56,045 bases of DNA from a virus (IMGVR_UViG_3300036790_000795:1-56045); one strand, 5' to 3'; numbered from the stretch's first letter, positions 8,320-17,535 are shown. A program made the numbers and translations. The notes: a model not told the origin generated them from the sequence alone.

Positions 8320-8591
8320 CCGTCAAGCTCATCGAGCCACCGTTGCGTCGCGGCGACAGCTACATCATCGCGGTGGACGGCAAGCTCAGGTTCGTAGACC
8401 AGCTACGCGTCCACATTTGCCATGGCTACCAGAACGCGTGTGTCTGCACGGAGTGTCTGGAGCGCGCGAAGCACCTGGTCGACCCGCGAGTCGCGGCTGT
8501 CTGTGAGTGCGAGCACCCGATCCGCGACAGCGACACAGATGACTGCTGGAAGTGCGGCCACGCACTCCCACGACTTCAGGAGGCTGCATGA
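8316..8591 (+). CDS. hypothetical Cys-rich protein
   Basis: Multiple CxxC/CxC motifs. Confidence 0.65.
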   Translation: MTVKLIEPPLRRGDSYIIAVDGKLRFVDQLRVHICHGYQNACVCTECLERAKHLVDPRVAAVCECEHPIRDSDTDDCWKCGHALPRLQEAA

Positions 8592-8691
8592 CTCTGGCTC
8601 GTAGATGGAAGCCAAGTAAGCCTGCTGCGAAGCGTACTCGTAAGCGCGAGATCCTCAAGGACCGCAAACAGCGCAAGAAGGCGAAGCGCTG

Positions 8692-8922
8692 ATGCCGCAT
8701 CCGCCTCCACGCCCGAAGATCCCAACAACACGCCACAAAGCGACGATCATGACCTGCGAAGGGTGGTGGTGGCGCTATGTGGTTCATCGCACGGCTGGTA
8801 TCGGCATCGTCGAAAACGGCGTCTCATGCCATCGCACCTTGAAGGGTGCTCGTCGTGCAGCTGAGCGCTGGTGCCGCAAGGATCGTGACAGTGGCGTGCT
8901 GATCGAGGAGATCACAGCATGA
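8692..8922 (+). CDS. hypothetical protein
   Basis: Coupled ORF; TLKGARRAAER motif. Confidence 0.55.
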   Translation: MPHPPPRPKIPTTRHKATIMTCEGWWWRYVVHRTAGIGIVENGVSCHRTLKGARRAAERWCRKDRDSGVLIEEITA

Positions 8923-9110
8923 GACTGCACCTCAACCTGACGCCGCCCGACTACGGTCGTAGACCACGATGGTTCAAGGTCTGGGCTGAGCGTGGACACT
9001 GGGAGAACGATGACTGGGTCGTACCGATCCGCGGCAAGCTGTGCTGGTGGTGGAAGCTCGCCTTGTATGGCCGCCTGTTGCGCTCGACACGGATCAGCTT
9101 CGAGCGATGA
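8919..9110 (+). CDS. hypothetical protein
   Basis: RBS GAGGAG, ATGA coupling. Confidence 0.5.
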   Translation: MRLHLNLTPPDYGRRPRWFKVWAERGHWENDDWVVPIRGKLCWWWKLALYGRLLRSTRISFER

Positions 9111-9391
9111 GCAAAGCCACGAGCTACTTGCATCGCCGTTGGCGTGCCAGCGTCGTCTGCGTGGGGGGGATCGTCATCGCGAGCACCGCGCATCCGCTGC
9201 CGGTCTGGGCTTGTGCAGCGATTGGCGCCTTGTGCGGCTTGCTCATCCCAGATAGCCGACCTGACGCAAAGGAGTCGCCCGTGAAGTACTTCGCTGACAA
9301 CGCCAAGCCGGCATGTGTCGTCAAGATCGTTGGCTTGAGCGCCACGGAAGCACGCTCGCTCGTTGACCGCTGGATAGCGAAGCGCCAGTGA
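9107..9391 (+). CDS. small membrane protein (2 TM)
   Basis: Two hydrophobic segments; ATGA coupling. Confidence 0.55.
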   Translation: MSKATSYLHRRWRASVVCVGGIVIASTAHPLPVWACAAIGALCGLLIPDSRPDAKESPVKYFADNAKPACVVKIVGLSATEARSLVDRWIAKRQ

Positions 9392-9633
9392 GCAAAGCCA
9401 CGAACCGCACTCTGCGACGTCAGCTGGAGCGCAAGGCTAGACAGCGCGAACGAGACGAAGCGGAGACGAAGGCACGTCGAGCCGCTCGCAATACCCCGGG
9501 GGTAGGTCGTACTCTCGGGCCGCGAATCTTGACCGCCCGCGTCAACAATTCCCCCCCCCGGCTTTGCGTAAGCCGTCAGGTTGGCCCTCTCGGGGGGTGC
9601 TGGAGGGTGCCAATCCGGCCAGCGGTGGCGTGA
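9388..9633 (+). CDS. hypothetical basic protein
   Basis: GTGA coupling. Confidence 0.45.
   Translation: MSKATNRTLRRQLERKARQRERDEAETKARRAARNTPGVGRTLGPRILTARVNNSPPRLCVSRQVGPLGGCWRVPIRPAVA
9490..9562. other. candidate cos/packaging site
   Basis: ACCCCGGGGGTAGG, dyad TTGAC-CGCCCGC-GTCAA (9529-9545) and a C9 run just upstream of HNH/terS. Confidence 0.35.
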
Positions 9634-9634
9634 C

Positions 9635-9928
9635 GTGCCTGGGCGGACGACGCTGGTTGGCTACGGCAACGCGCATCAGAAGTTGCGTAGGCGGTGGGCG
9701 TCGAAGGTCGCGAAAGGTGCCGTGTACTGCGCACGTTGTGGCGGCTGGATTGCGCCGGATGGGCAACCGTGCCCGCGGTGCGGGAAGCCGCGGTGCGGAT
9801 GGGATCTTGGTCATGACGACCGTGATCGGTCGCGCTACTCAGGGCCGGAGCACGCGTGTTGCAACAGGGCGACTTCGGGTCGCCGTGCGCGGCGTCGCAG
9901 TCGGCTTTTGCGGTCGGACAGGTGGTGA
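9635..9928 (+). CDS. terminase-associated HNH endonuclease
   Basis: GYGNAHQKLRRRW...CARCG...WDLGHDD...PEHACCNRA, immediately before terS/terL. Confidence 0.8.
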   Translation: MPGRTTLVGYGNAHQKLRRRWASKVAKGAVYCARCGGWIAPDGQPCPRCGKPRCGWDLGHDDRDRSRYSGPEHACCNRATSGRRARRRSRLLRSDRW

Positions 9929-9931
9929 GCG

Positions 9932-10201
9932 GTGGCCGATGGGTGGAAACGTGTGGGGCGCCAGATCGAGGAGTTGCGCGGCGAGATCGCGGTGATCTAC
10001 CGTACGGAGGCTTCGGGCCGGCATCGGAAGGTCGTTGCGATCGAGTTCCCGCTGGAGCTCGTCGAGTCGATCGGCGACTGGTCTAATCCCGTGCAGCTCC
10101 GCTTCCGCGAGGTCGCGGATGGCATCTGGACCATGGACTCACGCACGCCTGAGGCGACACCGCTTCAGAGCATGGTTGCTCAGCGGGCTGCGAGGCAGTA
10201 A
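9932..10201 (+). CDS. hypothetical protein
   Basis: ORF between HNH and terS. Confidence 0.6.
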   Translation: MADGWKRVGRQIEELRGEIAVIYRTEASGRHRKVVAIEFPLELVESIGDWSNPVQLRFREVADGIWTMDSRTPEATPLQSMVAQRAARQ

Positions 10202-10204
10202 GCG

Positions 10205-10849
10205 GTGGCTACGCGTAAGGCTGCGCCTAAGCGCCCGGCGTCGAATCGCCGTGTCGATCTAGGCGCGCTTGGCGCACGTGTGCTGAGTGTCTTCGATCGG
10301 CGGGTGCTCATCGTGATGCCGGCCGATGAGGCGAGCGAGCTTTTCACGGAGCCGCTCGGAGAGTGTGGCCACCAGCATGCGCTCGAAGGCGCTGAACGAG
10401 AGGTCGCTGCGCTCGCAGAGCGCGACTCGGCGCTCGCGGAGTCAGCGCTGGCCGGTGCGATGTTGACGATGGCCTACGAGCTGGCGAACCCTTACAACTC
10501 GGCGACATCGAAGTCGATGTGCGCGAAAGCGCTCCAGGACGCGCTGAAAGAACTGCGCGAACTCGCGCCGCCCGAAGCGAAGACGGACGGTGTCGATGAA
10601 ATCAATGCTCGCCGAGAGGCCCGCCTTGCTGCTTGGCAGTCAGACGCCGAGGATCTTCACGGCACCAGCGTTCGCGAGGTCGACGGGGCCGGAAGTGATC
10701 GACCTCGCAAGAATGGCCGGTCTCGATCTCGACCCGTGGCAGCGTCAGCATCTGACGGCGGCGCTCGGCGAAAGCAGCCCGGGAAGGTGGGCGGCGCTCG
10801 AGGTCGGGGAGGTCGCCCCAAGGCAGAACGGCAAGAACGGGGAGCTTGA
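10205..10849 (+). CDS. terS: terminase small subunit (putative)
   Basis: Position; helical core ending DEINARREARL, typical of actinophage TerS; C-terminal tail overlaps terL. Confidence 0.65.
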   Translation: MATRKAAPKRPASNRRVDLGALGARVLSVFDRRVLIVMPADEASELFTEPLGECGHQHALEGAEREVAALAERDSALAESALAGAMLTMAYELANPYNSATSKSMCAKALQDALKELRELAPPEAKTDGVDEINARREARLAAWQSDAEDLHGTSVREVDGAGSDRPRKNGRSRSRPVAASASDGGARRKQPGKVGGARGRGGRPKAERQERGA

Positions 10850-12203
10850 GGCACGGCAGCTCGGCGGACTCTTCACCCTCGAAGAGCCGCTGCAGATCCA
10901 CTCGGCGCACATGGCCGACACATCGGTCGAGCAGTGCCTGCGGCTTGAGGGGCTAATCGAAGGGTGTCCCGATCTCTCGCGCCGTGTGAAGGGCATCAAG
11001 CATGGCAAGGGCGACGAGTGCATACAGCTGCACCGCAACCCGCGCACGGGTGTGGCTCCGAGGTTGAGGTTCCGCACACGTACCGGCGGTGGCGGCCGTG
11101 GCTTCAGCTGCGACACGCTGTATCTCGACGAGGCGATGATCTTGCCGGAGGCGTTCCACGGGACGCTGATGCCGGTCTTGTCGGCGAGGCCTAACGCGCA
11201 GCTCTGGTACACGGGCTCCGCGGTCGATCAGGAGATCCACGAACACGGGATGGTGCTCGCGCGCCTCCGTGTGCGAGGGATCGCGGGTGACGAGTCACTC
11301 GTCTACCTGGAGTACTCGCTTGCTGTCGAGACGCCTGACGATGTGACGCCGGAGATGGCAGCAGACCCGGAGAACTGGGCACGCACGAACCCGGCGCTCG
11401 GCACCAGGATCAAGGCCGAGTACGTCGCCAACGAGCAGAAATCGATGTCGGCACGCTCGTTCGCCGTTGAGCGGCTCGGCGTTGGCGACTGGCCTGACAC
11501 GAGCGAGGACGCTGGTCGCGTGATCTCTGACGTCGAGTGGAAAGCTCTCGCCTGCCGCGACGAAAACATGCGGCCGGATGGGCCACGGACGTTCGCGCTC
11601 GACGCGAACCCTGACCGGACGTGGGGTTCGATTGGCGTCTGCTCGCTGCGTCCCGATGACCTGTGGCAGATCGCGCTCGTCGTGCGGCGCCGCACGACGA
11701 GCTGGATGGTTGCTCGCTGCAAGGAGCTTGACCGGGAGTTTGCTGGCGCACGGTTCGCGCTTGACGTAAAAGGGCCAGCCTCGAACCTGATCGATTCTCT
11801 GAAGTCCGAGGACCTCGACGTTATCGAACTCGACGCCGCTGACTATGGACAGGCATGGAAGGACTTCTACGACGGTGTGATCGACGGCACAATCCGCTAC
11901 CCGTGGCCCCAGCCTGAGCTTGACGCGGCTGTCGCCGATGCGCGGAAGGCGCGTTTGGGTGACAGTTGGAAGTGGGATCGGCGCAGCCCGACGAGCGCGG
12001 ACATCACACCGCTCGTGGCTTGCACCCTCGCGCTTTGGGGCGCAAAAACGCCCATCGGCATCCCGCAGGTGTGGGACTTGAATGAGATCGCGGGGCACCT
12101 CCACAAAGACATCCGGGTCGAGCCGTCGAGGGCCGAGCCAGACGAACAGGCCGGGTTTGTGCCGTTGGAGATACCCGGCGGTCGCGGTGTCTTTCGTCCC
12201 TGA
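10605..12203 (+). CDS. terL: terminase large subunit
   Basis: GSQTPRI N-terminus, PRQNGK Walker A, LYLDEA Walker B, YTGSA, NPALG, DITPLVA nuclease motif (ORF extends to 10590). Confidence 0.95.
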   Translation: MLAERPALLLGSQTPRIFTAPAFARSTGPEVIDLARMAGLDLDPWQRQHLTAALGESSPGRWAALEVGEVAPRQNGKNGELEARQLGGLFTLEEPLQIHSAHMADTSVEQCLRLEGLIEGCPDLSRRVKGIKHGKGDECIQLHRNPRTGVAPRLRFRTRTGGGGRGFSCDTLYLDEAMILPEAFHGTLMPVLSARPNAQLWYTGSAVDQEIHEHGMVLARLRVRGIAGDESLVYLEYSLAVETPDDVTPEMAADPENWARTNPALGTRIKAEYVANEQKSMSARSFAVERLGVGDWPDTSEDAGRVISDVEWKALACRDENMRPDGPRTFALDANPDRTWGSIGVCSLRPDDLWQIALVVRRRTTSWMVARCKELDREFAGARFALDVKGPASNLIDSLKSEDLDVIELDAADYGQAWKDFYDGVIDGTIRYPWPQPELDAAVADARKARLGDSWKWDRRSPTSADITPLVACTLALWGAKTPIGIPQVWDLNEIAGHLHKDIRVEPSRAEPDEQAGFVPLEIPGGRGVFRP

Positions 12204-12220
12204 GGGAAGGTAGGAGCACC

Positions 12221-12421
12221 GTGTTCAAGCGAAAGCGCAAAGTGCGCGTCTATGTGCAGGATGGCCCCACGATCGAGGGCATTCTCGCGTGCAGAACCCG
12301 GCATGCATACGTGATCTGGGCTCCCCGCGTGATACCCGGCGATGGTCTTGAGCCGATCGAGATGTCGGGGCATGTTGAGATTCCGCGGGAGCGCGTTCTT
12401 TACTACCAGGTCGTTGGCTGA
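12221..12421 (+). CDS. small Sm/LSm(Hfq)-like fold protein
   Basis: RBS AGGAG; VRVYVQDGPTIEGIL...VEIPRERVLYYQ resembles the Sm1/Sm2 motifs. Confidence 0.55.
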   Translation: MFKRKRKVRVYVQDGPTIEGILACRTRHAYVIWAPRVIPGDGLEPIEMSGHVEIPRERVLYYQVVG

Positions 12422-12423
12422 GC

Positions 12424-13743
12424 ATGTCGGCGAACCATGTGCTCGCCACGCAGGGCGGCAACAGGCGTCTCGGCGGTGTCGAGGATAGGTCGGCTGGCAT
12501 GTGGTCGTTGGGTTGGATCGACCCCGCCGCGATCCCTCCACCGGGACTCTTCAACCAGCAGCGGGCCGGCGTCATGGTCACCGAGCACACGCTATTGCAG
12601 GTCGATGTCGTCTTCACCGCGCTGCGGATCATCAGCAACAACATCATCAAGCTCGGCAACCCGCGCAGCTACACCGAGGCGCTGAGCGACGACAACATCC
12701 CGTACCGCGTGTGGGAGGCGACTCAGCCGGAAGTGCTGACCGAAACCTGGGGTAGCCGCACGATGCAATGCACCGGCATGGACCGGACGGTGTGGAGCAT
12801 GGGGCTGCTCGGCGAGGCGTTCTGGTATGTGCTGGCACGTGACCGGCTGCAGTACCCCGCGGTCCTTGAGGTGCTTCACCCGGCGTTCATGGAGGTCAAG
12901 GCCAACAAGCTCACCGGCGAACCGGAATACATCTACGGGACCGGCCAGGATAGGCGCACGCTCGACCCAGAGGATGTCGTTCATATCCCGCTGAAGTCAT
13001 TGCCGGGCGCGCGCCGTGCTCTCTCCCCGATCGAGTACGCGGGCGTTGCTGGAGCGCTTGCGATGGCAGCATACGAGTTCGGTTCGGCGTGGTTTTCGCA
13101 GGGCGCATCACCATCGTTTCTGCTGACGACCGAGGCGAAGCTCGGACAGGCCGAGGTGGAACGTATCGCCGAAAAGTTCATGGCCGGCCACGCCGGCCTG
13201 CCGAACTCACATCTCCCCCTAGTGCTCGACAACGGGCTGAAGGCCGAGAAGGTGATGACGAGCCCAGACGAGGCTCAGTATCTGAACACGCTGGAGTACG
13301 CCCGATCGGTGATCTTCTCTTGGTTTGGGATTGAATTCGCTTACAGCAACGCCCTTCAGCGCTCAACTCCGCCCGCTCCGGGCTCGTTGCAGGAGGAGTC
13401 GATGCGGTTCCTGCAGCACACGCTCAGCGGCTATCTCGTGCCGTTGGAGGAGACGTTCTCGCGGCTGCTCCCCAAGGGCAAGCAGGCTGCGTTTGATGAG
13501 GGGAAGCTGGCGCGGCCGAATGCGCAGGCGCTTTCGGAAGAAATCCAGGCGCTTCGCGGCTCGCAGGTCGGCTCGATCAATGATCTGCGCACGCGGAGGC
13601 TTGGTTGGGCACCGGTACCGGGTGGCGACGACGTGCTGGCACCCCTGGCGTCGAACACCGCGCCAGGCCAGATGGCCGGTGGTGGCGCCGGTAGTACCGA
13701 AGATGACGACGAGGATGACGACGACCCAAGCGGAGGTAAGTGA
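12424..13743 (+). CDS. portal protein (HK97 family)
   Basis: LLGEAFWY, VLHP, EDVVHI, LSPIE, WFSQGASP, INDLR..G..P..GGD. Confidence 0.93.
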   Translation: MSANHVLATQGGNRRLGGVEDRSAGMWSLGWIDPAAIPPPGLFNQQRAGVMVTEHTLLQVDVVFTALRIISNNIIKLGNPRSYTEALSDDNIPYRVWEATQPEVLTETWGSRTMQCTGMDRTVWSMGLLGEAFWYVLARDRLQYPAVLEVLHPAFMEVKANKLTGEPEYIYGTGQDRRTLDPEDVVHIPLKSLPGARRALSPIEYAGVAGALAMAAYEFGSAWFSQGASPSFLLTTEAKLGQAEVERIAEKFMAGHAGLPNSHLPLVLDNGLKAEKVMTSPDEAQYLNTLEYARSVIFSWFGIEFAYSNALQRSTPPAPGSLQEESMRFLQHTLSGYLVPLEETFSRLLPKGKQAAFDEGKLARPNAQALSEEIQALRGSQVGSINDLRTRRLGWAPVPGGDDVLAPLASNTAPGQMAGGGAGSTEDDDEDDDDPSGGK

Positions 13744-15257
13744 TGGACACGCATGAGGAGCGCATCGCTGCCTTCGAGGCTGAGTTGCGCGAGAAGTACA
13801 CCCAGAAGGATCGCGACGAAATGGCGAAGAACAAACACGCGATGCCTGACGGCTCCTTCCCGATCGAGGATAAGGAGGACGTCGAAAAAGCTATCAAAGC
13901 CGTCGGGATGGGCGATGCTTCCCACGACACGATCCGCAAGCACATCATCGTGCGGGCGAAGGCACTTGGCTGCAGCGACCTGATCCCGGATTCATGGGGC
14001 GCGGACGGCTCGCTGAAGGAGGGTCGCGACACTGCTCCCGAGGATGTCGAGGAGCGCGCCGAATGCCCGACATGCAAAGGTACCGGCAAGATCCTCGAAG
14101 GCAACCGCAAGTGCCCAGACTGCGCTGGCACCGGCGTGGCCGAGGAGCGTGCGCAGCCAACGGCCGAGGACTACAGCATCTCCAAAGGCCTCGCGGAAAC
14201 GAAGATGATGCTCGCCGCAGTCAAGGCCAAGCAGCTCGCCGACCCGGACTACAAGACTGACCCCGACGATCAGGCCGTGATGTCCGCGATCGAAAAAGCG
14301 GAGAGCGCGCTCGACAAGGCGATCGTGGCGCAGTCAAAGGACGGTCACGAGGATACCCCGGAGGCGCGTATGGGGCATCGGCGTAAGCCTCGCCATCGTG
14401 CCGTTCCGCTGTTGCCGGAGGTCAGGTTCTACAACGGCACCGTCGTTGAGATACGCAAGCAGGCTGACACGGACAAGATCGTGATCTCCGGTACCCCGAT
14501 CGTCTACGACACGCCATATGTCGTCAGGGACGCGTTTGGTGAATTCGAGGAGAGGATGCGACCCGGTGTCGCCTCGGCGATTCTGCAGCGCGGCGTTGAT
14601 GTGCGATTCATGTTCAACCATGACGGGTTGCCGCTCGCACGGACAGGCGCGGGCACGATGAAGCTGACGGACACTTCAGCTGCGCTGCGGATGACCGCGA
14701 CGTTGGACGCTCGCCAGCAGATCGCCAACGATCTGATGATCGCGATCGAACGTGGCGATGTCGCAGAAATGAGCTCCGGCTTCATCGTCGCACGAGACGA
14801 GTGGGACGAGCAGATGGAGCATCGGGAAGTGCTGCAGCTCGCTGACCTGCTCGATGTGTCCGCCGTGACGTTCCCTGCGTCGCCGACGACGAGCGTCGAG
14901 ATTGCGAAGCGAATGGCTTATGCGATGCCGGAGGAATCCCGTGCGCGCATGCGCAAGTTGTATGCGGATGTCCGCGCTGGCAAGGTTCTTTCCCAGGGCA
15001 ATCAGGACAAGCTCGTGTCCGCGGTGAAGGCGTTGCATGAGGTTCTTGGCGGCGCGGGCTTCGACCCGAATGACCTGATCGAGGATGCCGTTGACGACGA
15101 CGCCAGTGACGGCGGGGATGCTACGGGCGCACAGGACGGCCCCGAGGGATTCGCGGACGGCACCCGCTCACAAGCTGACGATGATCCGGGTGAGCCGGTT
15201 CGTGCGTCGAGGCTCGCGAAGATGAGCCTCGAGCTCGCGGTGCGCAAGCGCCGCTAA
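13743..15257 (+). CDS. prohead maturation protease (HK97 type) with N-terminal AMPDGSFPI domain and CxxCxGxG Zn finger
   Basis: FNHDG..LART, MSSGF, DVSAVTFPA protease motifs; CPTCKGTG and CPDCAGTG. Confidence 0.9.
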   Translation: MDTHEERIAAFEAELREKYTQKDRDEMAKNKHAMPDGSFPIEDKEDVEKAIKAVGMGDASHDTIRKHIIVRAKALGCSDLIPDSWGADGSLKEGRDTAPEDVEERAECPTCKGTGKILEGNRKCPDCAGTGVAEERAQPTAEDYSISKGLAETKMMLAAVKAKQLADPDYKTDPDDQAVMSAIEKAESALDKAIVAQSKDGHEDTPEARMGHRRKPRHRAVPLLPEVRFYNGTVVEIRKQADTDKIVISGTPIVYDTPYVVRDAFGEFEERMRPGVASAILQRGVDVRFMFNHDGLPLARTGAGTMKLTDTSAALRMTATLDARQQIANDLMIAIERGDVAEMSSGFIVARDEWDEQMEHREVLQLADLLDVSAVTFPASPTTSVEIAKRMAYAMPEESRARMRKLYADVRAGKVLSQGNQDKLVSAVKALHEVLGGAGFDPNDLIEDAVDDDASDGGDATGAQDGPEGFADGTRSQADDDPGEPVRASRLAKMSLELAVRKRR

Positions 15258-15406
15258 CCCAATCTTGCATCTCACCACGTAGTACCGCTCTGCGCGGCTC
15301 AGTGACGGTCCGGGAACCCCGACGAGGGAAGTACCGCGGCACGCGCTCAGCAGGGGTCAGGGAGACGTGTGGCAGGTCCCCACACATACCCAGAAGGAGA
15401 CCCAAA

Positions 15407-16942
15407 ATGAAGGTTCTGAAGGCACTCCTGGAGGAGCGCGACCAGAAGGCCTCCGAGCTTGACGATCTGCGAAAGGCCGTCGAGGCGGAGGGGCGTGATC
15501 TCACCGACGAGGAGGAGACGCGCAGTAAAAAGACGATCAGCGAGATTGACGAACTCGACGAGCGGATCGACGAAGAGAACCGGGCCGAGGCCAAGCGACA
15601 GATGGTTGCCGAGGTCAGGGCTCGCGTCACGCCGGCCTCCGACGCAAAGGTTGTCGCTGAGCCGACGGTCTATGGTCCCGACTCGCCGAACTCCTACTAT
15701 GTCGATCTGTGCCGGCGCATGTTCGCGGGCTTCGGTGGCGGCGTTGACGGTGGCGCGAGCCAGCGTCTCGCGGAGTGGTCACACCAGGTCGAGCGGAAGT
15801 TCGCGGAGGGCGGCTCAACCGGCAAGTCGATCGAGCGCCAGCTGCGAGAAGTCTACCGCGAGCATGGCGAGGACCAGGCGCGCGCCAATGTCGAGGAGAC
15901 TCGCAGTCGGAGCGCTCTTGCACTGGAGCAGAAGGCCGAGCAGCGAGCCGTCACGGGCCTGACGACCGGTGGTGGCGCAACGGCGACCGCTGCGTCTCAG
16001 GGCGCAGCGTTCGTGTCGCCGTTCATCGCTGGTCCCTATGCGCCGTACCGGGAGTATGGGCGGGCGTTCGTTGAACAGTGCAACAAGCAGCCGCTGCCGC
16101 CATACGGCATGAATGTCTACATCCCGCACATCACGGCGGGGGCCGAAGTGGCGGCACAGCCCGAGAGCGAAGCGGTCGCGGAAAAAGCTCCGACGATGGG
16201 GTACCTGTCGGGGGCGCTGACGATTGAGGCCGGCCAGGTGAAGATCAGCCAGGCGGCTCTGGATCGCGCGGCACCGGGCTTCGACTTCGACCGGATGATC
16301 TTCGATCAGTTGCAGCGGGACTATGCCCCGAAAGTGGATGCGATTGCGCTTGCGAAGGTGATCGAAGTCGCCCACAAACAGGAATGGCTTGGCAAGGTCA
16401 ACGAAGAAGATGAATCGGAATTCGTGCTGGCCAGCAAGGAAGGGGCCGGTGGGTTCTACGGGCAGATCAGCAAGGCGAAGGCATATATCAGAACCAGTGA
16501 GGGTACGGTTCTGAACCCGTCGCACTGCTTCCTGGAGCCAGCGCGGTGGGAGTACATCGCGGCACAGTCGGACGCGAACGGGCGTCCCGTTGTGGTGCCT
16601 GACTACGCTGGGGCGTGGAACGCTGCGGCTGCCGGCTCCTCGGATGGAGACGCCGGTATCGAGGGCAACACGGGGTACCGTCTCAACGGGCTGCGGGCAT
16701 TCACGGACGCGAACATTCCGGTGAAGGCGGAGACCGAATTCGACCAGTGCATCGTTGGTGATCTCGCCGAGGTCTACTGGTATGAGGGCACACCCGTCAC
16801 AAGGGTGATCCCGCAGACATACGCTCAGAACCTGCAGGTCCTGCTGCAGCTCTACAGCTATGTCGTGCCGATCGTCCGCTACCCGAATGGCCTCGTCCTG
16901 ATCGAGGGTGCTGGCATGGCCCCGATTAGCTACATCGACTGA
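15407..16942 (+). CDS. major capsid protein (HK97 fold, N-terminal delta domain)
   Basis: RBS AAGGAG then ATG 15407; coiled-coil N-terminus (GRDLTDEEE); DANGRP, LNGL and IVGD motifs. Confidence 0.9.
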   Translation: MKVLKALLEERDQKASELDDLRKAVEAEGRDLTDEEETRSKKTISEIDELDERIDEENRAEAKRQMVAEVRARVTPASDAKVVAEPTVYGPDSPNSYYVDLCRRMFAGFGGGVDGGASQRLAEWSHQVERKFAEGGSTGKSIERQLREVYREHGEDQARANVEETRSRSALALEQKAEQRAVTGLTTGGGATATAASQGAAFVSPFIAGPYAPYREYGRAFVEQCNKQPLPPYGMNVYIPHITAGAEVAAQPESEAVAEKAPTMGYLSGALTIEAGQVKISQAALDRAAPGFDFDRMIFDQLQRDYAPKVDAIALAKVIEVAHKQEWLGKVNEEDESEFVLASKEGAGGFYGQISKAKAYIRTSEGTVLNPSHCFLEPARWEYIAAQSDANGRPVVVPDYAGAWNAAAAGSSDGDAGIEGNTGYRLNGLRAFTDANIPVKAETEFDQCIVGDLAEVYWYEGTPVTRVIPQTYAQNLQVLLQLYSYVVPIVRYPNGLVLIEGAGMAPISYID

Positions 16943-16949
16943 CACGCTT

Positions 16950-16989
16950 AGCGCGGCTCGGGGCAATCGCGCCCTGGGCCGCGCTTCTG
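16950..16989 (+). terminator. hairpin after the capsid gene
   Basis: AGCGCGGCTCGGGGC/GCCCTGGGCCGCGCT stem (with GU pairs), weak U tract. Confidence 0.55.
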
Positions 16990-17011
16990 CGTATCCGAAG
17001 GGAGGCGCAAG

Positions 17012-17209
17012 TTGCCGAACGATGCGAGCATCGAAAGGGACGAAGACGTCGAGCTGGAGGTGCTCGCCAGTGACGACGCGGGCAATGTGACGTGGCGCGT
17101 CAAGCCGCGGCGACGGTTCGTGATGCGCGGCAGCGAGCTCGTCGAGGTTGACGCGATGCCACGCCGGGAGACGCGCGGGACTGGAGGCAAGGATCATGGC
17201 ATTCAGTGA
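17012..17209 (+). CDS. hypothetical protein
   Basis: RBS GGAGG, TTG start. Confidence 0.5.
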   Translation: MPNDASIERDEDVELEVLASDDAGNVTWRVKPRRRFVMRGSELVEVDAMPRRETRGTGGKDHGIQ

Positions 17210-17534
17210 ACGAGTAGTCACCCATACCTTTCAGAACGCCGATGGTACATCGGCGAGCGGCTCGGTCGAGTTCACGCTGACGAAGCGCATGACGAACGGT
17301 GCGACCACGATCGTGCCAGCGTCAATCACGGCTGCCCTCGACTCGGAAGGCAAACTCTCCCAAGGGCTCACCGCCAACGACGACGCCGGCACGCTGCCAG
17401 CCGACTCGCAGTGGCGCACGGACTTCCGCATCCAAGGCGCGACAGAGACCGAGACCTTCTACATCGTGGTTCCTTCGGGCTCGGGCACCATCGACCTGGG
17501 TGCGCTGCTGCCCGAACAGCCGCTCGGAGGCTGA
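17196..17534 (+). CDS. putative virion Ig-like protein
   Basis: Beta-rich ADGTSASGSVEFT...LDSEG...LTAND. Confidence 0.65.
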   Translation: MAFSERVVTHTFQNADGTSASGSVEFTLTKRMTNGATTIVPASITAALDSEGKLSQGLTANDDAGTLPADSQWRTDFRIQGATETETFYIVVPSGSGTIDLGALLPEQPLGG

Positions 17535-17535
17535 G

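Noticed and set aside
15302-15406. N-terminal extension of the capsid ORF from GTG 15302
   Set aside because: No RBS there; the strong AAGGAG precedes ATG 15407
15815-17221. Long minus-strand ORFs opposite structural genes (e.g. 15815-17221, 34637-35770, 22522-23397, 11295-12104)
   Set aside because: Shadow ORFs expected from high-GC codon bias; no RBS or recognisable motifs
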